Shown here piece by piece: positions 35,652 through 44,354 of a stretch of 64,000 nt of DNA. Position numbers and translations under genes: made by a program. The stretch is from IMG/VR virus record IMGVR_UViG_3300023174_000046, positions 1 to 64,000 of that record, one strand, 5' to 3'. Position 1 is the stretch's first letter. Every line of letters begins with the position of its first letter. The notes beneath the pieces were generated by a model, which had not been told where the DNA came from, searched no databases, and saw only the letters and a program-made list of their open reading frames with translations.

Positions 35652-38105
35652 TTATTTCTTTGTGTTAATTGTAGGTTGTGGTGCAACTCTGTTACCCGAT
35701 TCATTATTCAAGTCCATTGCAATGGTTCTTACTGCATCATTATCTCTTTTCAACGTTAATGGTAGATTCTTAAACGTGTGACTATGACCATACACAATGA
35801 CGCTATCTGGATCTGGAATTTGACCTGCAGTAGTAGTGGTAAATACCGGTGCAGGGTTACCACCCGCTTGACCTGTCATAGAAGCACACACAGGTAGATC
35901 TTTAGTCGCAAAAACTTCAACTGTCCCACCTTGTGGATCAACACCTGTACCAACTAAAGTACCTGTAGGTACATACCCAATTATTGCACCTGTAACTAAT
36001 GCATTATAACCGATAATTTTTGGTAACGCATTATTTGTTTGACCGGTAACAATTGTGCGGTTTGTTTCTTGAATTTCAGTAGGTGCAGTAATATGATTAA
36101 CAGTTAGTTCACCTTCTATGTGTGCACCACCACCCACAACCATGTTACGAGCGACCCCTAAATTACTATCAATAACAACTTGCTGATTGTAGCGTTGCTT
36201 GATATTAACAATATCAGCAATTAATTGTAATTTTTGACCGCCATCAATACACACTTCATTTTCACTGGCTATATTAACTTGCTGACCTGCAATGTTTGTA
36301 ATAGTGCCACTTACATTTACCGGTCCATAACTCTTGAAGTTTATACCACCAGCACCCACCATTAAATTGTATCTGTTACCAATTGTTTGTGTGTAAGTAC
36401 CGCCTGGGAGATCATCCACGTGCACATATTCAACTACCGGGCTTGGTTGCTGGCAGTTGAAAACACCTTGTGGGTGAACAATGACAGCATTAACACTAAT
36501 TTTACCAACCTTATCAATTCTTGTTGAAGGTAAATCATTAATATCCATACCAATTGTTTCAATTTTATTTTTTGTAATATTGATAATTTCGCTACCACCC
36601 ACACCCATTTGCTTCTCCAGATTTGTAAAATTGTCCATGTTATCAGAAATGTATTTTGCTATTTGCTGCTTACGAGGGTCTTCAAGAAAATCACCATCTT
36701 GTGAGCTAGGGCTCAATCCTGAGCCTTTGCATGCTGGGCATGTTTGACCGAAAATTGTTCCAACACCGGGAAATTTGCCACTAGTGGCAGGTATGCCTAT
36801 ACCAAAAGGTATAACTGCAGGGAGCCCCATGTTTGACCATGGTGAATTGATAAGAGAAGTTGTTTCACCAGTACCTGCATAAACAAAGATGTTATTAATT
36901 TTCCAATAAAAATCTTGACTGTCTGCGCAAACTGGACATGCAGCGTTTTTACCGCTTTTTGATTGAAAGGGTGATGTGAGATTTATGAACCCTTTTTTAA
37001 GAGCAGTTGTTCTTTTTGTTTCAAATAATTGCTTGAGATCAGCTAGGCCGCGTAACAGCTCTTTGTATTGTAAATGTGGTGTGTAGTTTAAATTGCCTAT
37101 TTTTCTGTATAAATCACCTCTTATAACATTATCATAATCTCTACCTACGTAAAGATTTTTAAAGCCATTAACAGTTAGGAACTGGTCTTGCATAACCAAC
37201 TTTTGGTCTGATTGAGTTGCAAGTTCTATATTTGTAAAATTATTAAATTCTTTAAATGAACCGGAGAAGTGAGTCATTTTTAGTGACTCACGGTTATCTG
37301 TATTGATAAACTCTAGTGTGCCGCCTTTTTGATTTATAACGTATTTGTTCCGGTAAGTATCAACATTTATATCAAATACATCTTTTCCAGATAGAGAATA
37401 ATTTTCATAATAACCAGGATAGTCTTGACCTGGTGAACTATCACCAACATTATCTAAACTATCATATATGCCTTTCCAATCTTCTTTGCCGTACGCAACA
37501 GCAAAATAAACTGGATGCATAATATCACCATCAGTAAAAAAGACATAGACGTGTGAACCAACGTTGGGCACACCAAACGTACCCTTGGCTCGATTTGAAT
37601 AGCTATTGGGTACATAATTATAGCTATATTTGTTTGTTATGTTTGTATTGTACTTTGCAGGGTCATTAAATGCATCGTTTAGCTTGTATTCAACAGACTC
37701 ATAAACATTTGCTGGCTTCTCTCCAATGTTATCAATATTCTGATTACCGACATCAGTATTTTTTTCTCGTGTTGGTTCGAAAGTGCTTAATCTTGCAGTA
37801 TCAGAAATAGATCCTACAGTTTTAAAGAAATTAAATCTACCACTTGCAGCTTCACCACTCACAGGAGCCGCACATTCAGCCCATGGTAATTGGAGCTTCA
37901 AATCCTCCAATATTGTATTCATGCTGCTATTAATATTGTCACCTAGGAACTTGAATTTTTTATCGTTCAGTGTATCAACCCAGCCGCGATAAGTTGTAGG
38001 CATTAAATGCGGTACCCATACTTTAACGCGTCCTCTTTTCTGTGGATCGTTATTCTGAACTACCATTCCCATGTAGTTGCCGTAGAATTTCTGTCTTTTA
38101 GCCAT
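35652..38105 (-). CDS. gp5/VgrG-like baseplate hub-spike protein
   Basis: Y.G.VV.N.DP.K.GRVKV OB-fold, LPWA, P.VGS.V.VFF..GD...PVY; beta-helix repeats; C-terminal HSH. Confidence 0.85.
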   Translation of the reverse strand: MAKRQKFYGNYMGMVVQNNDPQKRGRVKVWVPHLMPTTYRGWVDTLNDKKFKFLGDNINSSMNTILEDLKLQLPWAECAAPVSGEAASGRFNFFKTVGSISDTARLSTFEPTREKNTDVGNQNIDNIGEKPANVYESVEYKLNDAFNDPAKYNTNITNKYSYNYVPNSYSNRAKGTFGVPNVGSHVYVFFTDGDIMHPVYFAVAYGKEDWKGIYDSLDNVGDSSPGQDYPGYYENYSLSGKDVFDINVDTYRNKYVINQKGGTLEFINTDNRESLKMTHFSGSFKEFNNFTNIELATQSDQKLVMQDQFLTVNGFKNLYVGRDYDNVIRGDLYRKIGNLNYTPHLQYKELLRGLADLKQLFETKRTTALKKGFINLTSPFQSKSGKNAACPVCADSQDFYWKINNIFVYAGTGETTSLINSPWSNMGLPAVIPFGIGIPATSGKFPGVGTIFGQTCPACKGSGLSPSSQDGDFLEDPRKQQIAKYISDNMDNFTNLEKQMGVGGSEIINITKNKIETIGMDINDLPSTRIDKVGKISVNAVIVHPQGVFNCQQPSPVVEYVHVDDLPGGTYTQTIGNRYNLMVGAGGINFKSYGPVNVSGTITNIAGQQVNIASENEVCIDGGQKLQLIADIVNIKQRYNQQVVIDSNLGVARNMVVGGGAHIEGELTVNHITAPTEIQETNRTIVTGQTNNALPKIIGYNALVTGAIIGYVPTGTLVGTGVDPQGGTVEVFATKDLPVCASMTGQAGGNPAPVFTTTTAGQIPDPDSVIVYGHSHTFKNLPLTLKRDNDAVRTIAMDLNNESGNRVAPQPTINTKK

Positions 38106-38132
38106 TGAATTATTAATATTTAATAATATAAT
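38105..38132 (+). promoter_or_regulatory. sigma70-type leaderless promoter of the deazaguanine operon
   Basis: TTGAAT-N16-TATAAT-N6-ATG(38139). Confidence 0.7.
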
Positions 38133-38138
38133 TTATAT

Positions 38139-38951
38139 ATGCTAATGAAAGTATCACACGAGTCTCCTGTATCTATACTTGATCTTTCTAAAGAATATAA
38201 CGATTTTGATTACTGTCTTGTACATCTTCTAGATCAGTATCCTTTATATAAAGATTTCTTTAAATCCGCTAGACAAATTTATAATAGAGAAGTATTACTT
38301 GACAATTCTATTTTTGAATTGGGCAAGGCTTTTGATGGCCATGAGTTCTGGGTAAAGGCTAAAGAAATTATGCCAAATATGTTTATTGTACCAGATGTAC
38401 TTGAGGATACAAAAGGTACAATAGAAAGCTTTAAAGCTTTTGAAGAATCCACAAGTGATATCAAGAGTAGCTTTCTTACAAAAGCCATTGGTGCAGTACA
38501 GGGTAAAAATTGGCACGAGCTAAGAGAATGTTACAAATTTATGGCAGATAATGCCGATATGATTGCCATAAGCTTCGACTTTAGTTACTATCAAGTTACA
38601 GGTGAAGGCACAACGCATTTAGAAAAATGGTGCTCTGGTCGTCAAAGGTTTATTTTGGATTTAATAAATACCGGTGTATGGAATTGGAGCAAGCCACATC
38701 ACTTACTTGGCTGCTCTCTAGCAAAGGAATTTAGGTATTATGTTGATAGAGATATTCACAATATTGTTAGTTGTGATACCAGCAATCCCGTTGTTGCTGC
38801 TATACATGGATTAAAATACGATGCAGATTATGGTTTGCAATCCAAGCCTTCAACAAAGTTAGCTGATTTAATTGAGCATAATTTTACTGATGATCAGCTT
38901 GAACTTGTAAAATATAACACTACAATGTTCAAGAAGATTATTCGCAGATGA
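38139..38951 (+). CDS. dpdA: TGT-fold 7-deazaguanine transglycosylase, DpdA3-like
   Basis: LDNSIFELG, VPDV, AVQG, HHLLGC, SCDTS match TGT-barrel motifs; no Zn-binding motif; next to formyltransferase and queF. Confidence 0.7.
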   Translation: MLMKVSHESPVSILDLSKEYNDFDYCLVHLLDQYPLYKDFFKSARQIYNREVLLDNSIFELGKAFDGHEFWVKAKEIMPNMFIVPDVLEDTKGTIESFKAFEESTSDIKSSFLTKAIGAVQGKNWHELRECYKFMADNADMIAISFDFSYYQVTGEGTTHLEKWCSGRQRFILDLINTGVWNWSKPHHLLGCSLAKEFRYYVDRDIHNIVSCDTSNPVVAAIHGLKYDADYGLQSKPSTKLADLIEHNFTDDQLELVKYNTTMFKKIIRR

Positions 38952-39517
38952 GACCTTGGGTAACATTTTTTTCACAAACCGGTACCGAGATATACGATCT
39001 CAGTAATATTATCAATACATACCCAGATTGTATTGCTACAAATAAACAAGATCATAAAACTACTAATATAGGGTTACGGGCAGTAACTGAATTTAGATCA
39101 CAAAAACTTAATGAAAACATTTGGGTTCAATTGCCACAAAAGCCAACAGTAAGTGATTATGAAAATGCTTTGAAAAATTATAATAAACCTGTTGTAACGT
39201 TACATGGATACTTGAGAATTATTCCAAAAGAAATTTGCGAGAAATATGAAATATACAATCTACATCCAGGTCTTATTAATAAATTTCCAGCATTAAAAGG
39301 TTTTAATCCGCAGGAAAGAGCTTTTGCAGGAGGCTATAGGTTAGCAGGATGTGTAATACACAGAGTAACGCCTGGAGTAGATGAAGGTGAAATATTAATG
39401 AGCCAAGGTGTGAGTATTGAAGGCATGAATCTTGATGGTGTTTATGGTGCTTTACGAGACACTGCACTTGATCTCTGGAAAAGCTTCTTTACATCGTATA
39501 ATATACTAAAACGTTAA
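38948..39517 (+). CDS. dpdN: PurN-like formyltransferase, DpdN-like
   Basis: LHGYLRII, YNLHPG, G.VIH.V..GVDEGEI (N/H/D catalytic set). Confidence 0.75.
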   Translation: MRPWVTFFSQTGTEIYDLSNIINTYPDCIATNKQDHKTTNIGLRAVTEFRSQKLNENIWVQLPQKPTVSDYENALKNYNKPVVTLHGYLRIIPKEICEKYEIYNLHPGLINKFPALKGFNPQERAFAGGYRLAGCVIHRVTPGVDEGEILMSQGVSIEGMNLDGVYGALRDTALDLWKSFFTSYNILKR

Positions 39518-39518
39518 T

Positions 39519-40478
39519 ATGGATATTTCGTTGCATTACGAGAACGTATTTCTCAAGCCTAACTTTAATACTGTACAAACAAGATCACAAATAGACACAG
39601 AAGTTATGTTTTGTGGCAAGACATTCATGCTGCCTGTGATACCTGCAAATATGAAATGCTGTGTTGATAGTGATGTTTGTAAGCTTTTAGATTCTAAGCA
39701 ATGCTTTTATATCATGCATAGATTTGATGAAGACATACAAAATTTTGTACGATATGCAAATTTACAAAATTTTAATACTGTATCCATCAGTGTAGGTATA
39801 CAGCAAAAAGATAGAAACCTTGTAACTGCTATTGGTCAAAGCTTGATGCGAGTAGATTTTATTACAATTGACGTTGCACATGGACATCATTCAAAAGTTG
39901 CAGATCAAATTAAACACATTAAACAAACATTGCCTGGCACAAAAGTTATAGCAGGTAATATCGCTACGTTCGAAGGTGTTGAATATCTGCATAGAGCTGG
40001 TGCTGATGCAGTTAAAGTTGGTATTGGTGGTGGTTATGCGTGTACTACAAAAGATAAGACAGGATTTACTTTTCCTATGTTTAGCTGTATTATAGAGTGT
40101 GCAAAGGACAGAGATGTGCCTATTATTGCAGATGGCGGTGTTCGTAGCAACGGTGATATTGCTAAAGCACTAGTAGCAGGTGCAAAGATGGTGATGTGTG
40201 GTTCTATTTTTGCAGCATGCTCAGATAGTCCTGCACCTGCTGTAAAAGATGCTTCTGGTAGACGATACAAACAATACTACGGGTCTGCTAGTATACACAA
40301 TAAACTTGATAAGAAAAATATTGAGGGTACTATGAAGCTTATGGATACAGATTCGTTTACTTACGAAGAAAAATTGCAAGAAATAAAACAAGACTTACAA
40401 AGTGCAATTAGTTATGCAGGTGGTTGCAATCTTGGTATATTAAATTTAAATAGAGTGGCCTACGGGGTAAGATTATGA
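39519..40478 (+). CDS. guaC: GMP reductase
   Basis: PANM, MHRF, TIDVAHGH, KVGIGGG..CTT, IADGG...GDIAKA; no CBS domains. Confidence 0.88.
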   Translation: MDISLHYENVFLKPNFNTVQTRSQIDTEVMFCGKTFMLPVIPANMKCCVDSDVCKLLDSKQCFYIMHRFDEDIQNFVRYANLQNFNTVSISVGIQQKDRNLVTAIGQSLMRVDFITIDVAHGHHSKVADQIKHIKQTLPGTKVIAGNIATFEGVEYLHRAGADAVKVGIGGGYACTTKDKTGFTFPMFSCIIECAKDRDVPIIADGGVRSNGDIAKALVAGAKMVMCGSIFAACSDSPAPAVKDASGRRYKQYYGSASIHNKLDKKNIEGTMKLMDTDSFTYEEKLQEIKQDLQSAISYAGGCNLGILNLNRVAYGVRL

Positions 40479-40822
40479 ACAAAGAAGATGTAATAAAATA
40501 TGTTGAAAAGAACTTCCCTGTAACATGCAAGGAATTTCAAAGAATTCAAGCCGAACTATATGAGACTTTTTGTAAGAAGCAATTTGATTACGGTCCAGGT
40601 AATATTTCCCTTGGTTCAGACTTAGTTAAAGAAGAAGATAAATTTGCAGCTGTATCTGCTATTGTTGTTAGATTAAACGATAAAATTCAACGACTAATTA
40701 ATTTGGTACTGAAAAAGAAAGCAATGAATTCTGTCAATGAACCAGTTATGGATGCTTTTAGAGACTCTGCTGTGTATTGTGTTATAGCTGAAATAGTTAA
40801 CAACAATAAATGGGGTAAATAA
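40475..40822 (+). CDS. nucleotide-modification-associated all-alpha (DUF1599/MazG-like) protein
   Basis: KK..DYG..N, VRLNDK..RL.NL, E...D.F.D.AVY.VIA. Confidence 0.7.
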   Translation: MNKEDVIKYVEKNFPVTCKEFQRIQAELYETFCKKQFDYGPGNISLGSDLVKEEDKFAAVSAIVVRLNDKIQRLINLVLKKKAMNSVNEPVMDAFRDSAVYCVIAEIVNNNKWGK

Positions 40823-40862
40823 TTGTAGTTGATTACATCTTTAAAATATATTATAATATATA

Positions 40863-41030
40863 ATGTTTAAAAAACTTTTACCTAATTTCTTAACACGTGA
40901 CAAAGAGATAGTAGTTAAATTCAAAGAAATTGAAGAAGAGAATAAAATTCTTCTCGAAGAGATCAGACAGTTGAAGAAGCTTCTTTATGATATAGAATTA
41001 GATTTTGCTGCAAGAGTAAAAAACAAATGA
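40863..41030 (+). CDS. 55-aa coiled-coil protein (not in ORF track)
   Basis: MFKKLLPNFLTRDKEIVVKFKEIEEENKILLEEIRQLKKLL...; TTGATT-N17-TATAAT; ATGA overlap with next gene. Confidence 0.6.
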   Translation: MFKKLLPNFLTRDKEIVVKFKEIEEENKILLEEIRQLKKLLYDIELDFAARVKNK

Positions 41031-41614
41031 TCTTATCGTTTACTGGTCCACAAAGTTCAGGTAAGACTACTCTTCTAAAGAAGTGTAAAGAGTATTATGG
41101 TTCGAAGTTATGTTATATTGATGAAGTTACTAGACTAATTAAACGTTGGCATAATTGTGATATAAATGAAGAAGGTGCAAGTGATGTTACGCAGACATTA
41201 ATTCTAAATAAAGAATTTGAGAATTTGTTTTATAATTACAAAGGATTTGGATTTCAAGGCATATTGCATGATCGTTGCTTGATGGATGGCATGGTTTATA
41301 CAAGTTATTTTGCTGGTAGTAGACTAAATGATTTTCCTGTATCTAATAGCTTAGGTTTGTTATACTATACAAATTATATTAAAAAGTATGATCATATCTT
41401 TTATCCAAGTCCTCATGATGTTCCGCTGGTTGATGATGGTGAGAGAAGCATTAATAAAGAATTTAGGGATGCTATTATTGATAAGTATGAAAATTTTTGG
41501 CTAAAAGATGAGAGATTGAAAGATAAAGTTACTATTTTAAGAGGGACTGTTGACGAGCGAATGGAACAGATTAAGTCAAAGATATGTCAGTTGATGCCAA
41601 GCCTTTCTGTTTAG
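41027..41614 (+). CDS. P-loop nucleotide kinase-like (AAA_28/NadR-type) protein
   Basis: GPQSSGKTT, E..R, DRC..D..VY, DDGER. Confidence 0.8.
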   Translation: MILSFTGPQSSGKTTLLKKCKEYYGSKLCYIDEVTRLIKRWHNCDINEEGASDVTQTLILNKEFENLFYNYKGFGFQGILHDRCLMDGMVYTSYFAGSRLNDFPVSNSLGLLYYTNYIKKYDHIFYPSPHDVPLVDDGERSINKEFRDAIIDKYENFWLKDERLKDKVTILRGTVDERMEQIKSKICQLMPSLSV

Positions 41615-42903
41615 CTCCTTGGGCAGGCATTCACGCACTACCAGATGGGTTGGTGTACCCATGTTGCATGTCTACATTCGATCCCGAAAATTCGTTCGGT
41701 GATCTCAATAAAAATACAATTGAAGATATTTTAAATTCAGAAAAAGCAAAGCAATTTAGATGCAAGATGATGGCAAATAAGCCGGATGAGAGAGCTTGTA
41801 GTCATTGCATAAGTGAAGAAAAAACAGGAACAAAAAGTTTCCGTAATCACTGGAATACTAAGTATGAACATACTCTTCCTTTTGTTAAAGAAACAGATAA
41901 AGATGGTTATTATCGATTTAAAAATTTTCCATATATTGATATAAGACTATCAAGCTTGTGTAATTTTAAATGTAGAATGTGTCATAGTGGCTTGAGCTCT
42001 GCTTGGTTATTAGAAGACATAAAGTATGAATCAAATTATCAAAATTCTTTTAATCTTAAAACCGGTGTTATTGAGATACCACAAAAAGAAAAACTTATTA
42101 AATTTATTATTGATAGGATTGAGCATGTGGAGGAGATTGAGTTTGCAGGTGGTGAACCTTTTCTAATAGCAGATTATTTTACTCTAATTAAAGAATTTAA
42201 AAGAGCAAAAAATTTTAACGTTAGGATAAGATTTCATACAAATGCATCTTCTTTGTATTGTAAGGGTGAATATATACCAAACTTGCTCAAGGAGTTTAAA
42301 AATGTTTTTATAATGTTGAGTATTGACGGTTACAGTGAAGTTAATGACTACATGAGAAAAGGTAGTGTATATAATAAAATTGTTACAAATATAACTTTAC
42401 TTAAACAAATAGTACCACAAGCATTCTTGAGATTGGTACCGACAATTAGCATACCAACTGTATATAGTGTGCCTTTCTTGTATGTAGATTTCTTACGCAA
42501 AGGTTTAATTCGGCATGAGGATATTGCATGCAGACCTCTTTACGGGCCTGAATATCTTAACATACAGACACTACCATTAGAAGATAAATTAAAAATTTTA
42601 AAGTTCTATAATTACTTTATTGATAACATAACAGCTAAACTTCTACAACACTTTCCAGATGAAAGCGTCACATATGTTAAGCAAGAATTTTCATCAATTA
42701 TGAATTTCATGTTGCTTAAAAATCAAATTGTGCAATTTAATAGCAATAGGTTTAAGGAGAGTATTAAGCGGCTTGATATTCGACGAGACGAAAGTTACGA
42801 AGATATTTCACCAGAAACTGCTCATCTTTTATCAGGCAGTGTTTCAATATACAATCTAGATAACAAATATAATGAGTTGAAGACTTTCATAGATAGCATA
42901 TAA
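41584..42903 (+). CDS. radical SAM protein with N-terminal SPASM/twitch domain
   Basis: FCLAPW...PCC...CSHC; CNFKCRMC; GGEPF; SIDG. Confidence 0.88.
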   Translation: MSVDAKPFCLAPWAGIHALPDGLVYPCCMSTFDPENSFGDLNKNTIEDILNSEKAKQFRCKMMANKPDERACSHCISEEKTGTKSFRNHWNTKYEHTLPFVKETDKDGYYRFKNFPYIDIRLSSLCNFKCRMCHSGLSSAWLLEDIKYESNYQNSFNLKTGVIEIPQKEKLIKFIIDRIEHVEEIEFAGGEPFLIADYFTLIKEFKRAKNFNVRIRFHTNASSLYCKGEYIPNLLKEFKNVFIMLSIDGYSEVNDYMRKGSVYNKIVTNITLLKQIVPQAFLRLVPTISIPTVYSVPFLYVDFLRKGLIRHEDIACRPLYGPEYLNIQTLPLEDKLKILKFYNYFIDNITAKLLQHFPDESVTYVKQEFSSIMNFMLLKNQIVQFNSNRFKESIKRLDIRRDESYEDISPETAHLLSGSVSIYNLDNKYNELKTFIDSI

Positions 42904-42912
42904 TATTGTACA

Positions 42913-43833
42913 ATGAATACAGAATTAGATAATAGTAATATTTCAAAGCATTTAGGCAAAATTACCGGGTACAAGTGTACATATGATCCTTCACTTCTGG
43001 TTCGCGAGCCAAGACAAAATAATAGAAAGCATTTGAAAATTTCTGATGAAAATCCGCCTTTCTGTGGCTATGATGTTTGGAATGCTTATGAAGTGTCTTG
43101 CTTGACTCAAGAGGGCATGCCCATTGCTGCTATTGCTAAAGTTGTTTACCCTGCTACTAACAAATATATTGTTGAATCAAAGTCCATTAAACTGTACATG
43201 AATTCGTTTAATATGGAGACATATCAAGGCAATATTATTAGTGTACTGCAGCAGCTTGAAGCTGTAATGGAGAATGATCTTTCTAAATTGCTTGAAACTG
43301 AAGTTAGAGTATGTGTCAGGCTTACTAAGGCCATTGATGATGCAATGTATTACCCAGCATTGTTTCCTTCTGCGTTGTATCCAACGCTTGAGAATAATAT
43401 TGATGTAACGACTATTAAATCGCGTGGCTACAAAGAAGATCCTAAATTACTTGGTTGGTTGGAAGGTGACAGTAGCAAAGTGCAGCGCTTTCATTCAGCT
43501 CTATTAAAGAGTAATTGCAGGGTCACATCTCAACCGGACTGGGGGGATGTTTATATTCATTACAAAGGACCTTATGAACTCAATCAAACATCTCTATTGC
43601 AGTACATTGTTTCGTTTAGAGATGAATGTCATTTTCATGAAGAGATTTGTGAAACGATTTACAAGCGTCTTTATGATTTGACCAAGCCTGAAGAACTGAT
43701 GGTATCTTGCTTATATGTAAGACGGGGTGGTATTGATATTAATCCTATTAGAGCTAATAGTCAGGAACTACTCAAGCAGAACGGTGCCATGTGGGACAAG
43801 TGGAAGTACTTTACTAAGACAGTAAGACAGTAA
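42913..43833 (+). CDS. queF: NADPH-dependent preQ0 reductase (two-domain QueF)
   Basis: DVWNAYEVS, VESKSIKLY.NSF, LLKSNC.VT.QPDWG, FHEEICE, RRGGIDINP.R. Confidence 0.93.
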   Translation: MNTELDNSNISKHLGKITGYKCTYDPSLLVREPRQNNRKHLKISDENPPFCGYDVWNAYEVSCLTQEGMPIAAIAKVVYPATNKYIVESKSIKLYMNSFNMETYQGNIISVLQQLEAVMENDLSKLLETEVRVCVRLTKAIDDAMYYPALFPSALYPTLENNIDVTTIKSRGYKEDPKLLGWLEGDSSKVQRFHSALLKSNCRVTSQPDWGDVYIHYKGPYELNQTSLLQYIVSFRDECHFHEEICETIYKRLYDLTKPEELMVSCLYVRRGGIDINPIRANSQELLKQNGAMWDKWKYFTKTVRQ

Positions 43834-44226
43834 TTAGCCGTTAAGATTCCAGAGTCTGCGAGCTTCTGGGCTTACGCTATTAAAACCGTTATTAACCAAT
43901 GTCTGTGCTGCTGTACCTGTTGCGCAAGTAAAGATTGAGCTTGATCTATCTGCTCTTTGTAGTGCAAATTGCGCACCATTATAGGCTTTGTCAACTCTAA
44001 AAGATGTATTAACACCATCAAGAGAACCAGAAAGAACAGCATATGTACTTGTTAAGCTACCGGTAGCAGCTTGAAATAACAATGATTGTGCGGTGCTGCC
44101 CAAAGTAATTAGGTTAACCCCAAGAAAACTACCTGCAGCATCAAAAGCCGACTTGGATAGATTTAAAGATGTTGGGTTTGAAGCAGCTGGATCTGCAACT
44201 TGATATGAAAATGATATTGATGCCAT
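43834..44226 (-). CDS. putative head decoration/structural protein
   Basis: Ala/Ser/Thr-rich, downstream of gp23, TAAATA-N6-ATG 44226. Confidence 0.55.
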   Translation of the reverse strand: MASISFSYQVADPAASNPTSLNLSKSAFDAAGSFLGVNLITLGSTAQSLLFQAATGSLTSTYAVLSGSLDGVNTSFRVDKAYNGAQFALQRADRSSSIFTCATGTAAQTLVNNGFNSVSPEARRLWNLNG

Positions 44227-44261
44227 ATAATTATTTATTCTGCTATAGTTTATTTTTTTGC

Positions 44262-44294
44262 AAAAAAAAGGGCCCCGCAAGAGGCCCTTTTTTA
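44262..44294 (-). terminator. intrinsic terminator after gp23 (bidirectional shape)
   Basis: A8-gggcc...ggccc-T7. Confidence 0.85.
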
Positions 44295-44354
44295 ACTATC
44301 CTAGGACGTACTAGGTGAAATGTTTTTCTTTCTACAACTCTATCACTTCCAATT

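Noticed and set aside
38948-40478. PurN and GuaC as generic purine-biosynthesis auxiliary metabolic genes
   Set aside because: No other pur genes are nearby, and tight coupling to the TGT-fold gene and queF favours a base-modification role. Not formally excluded.
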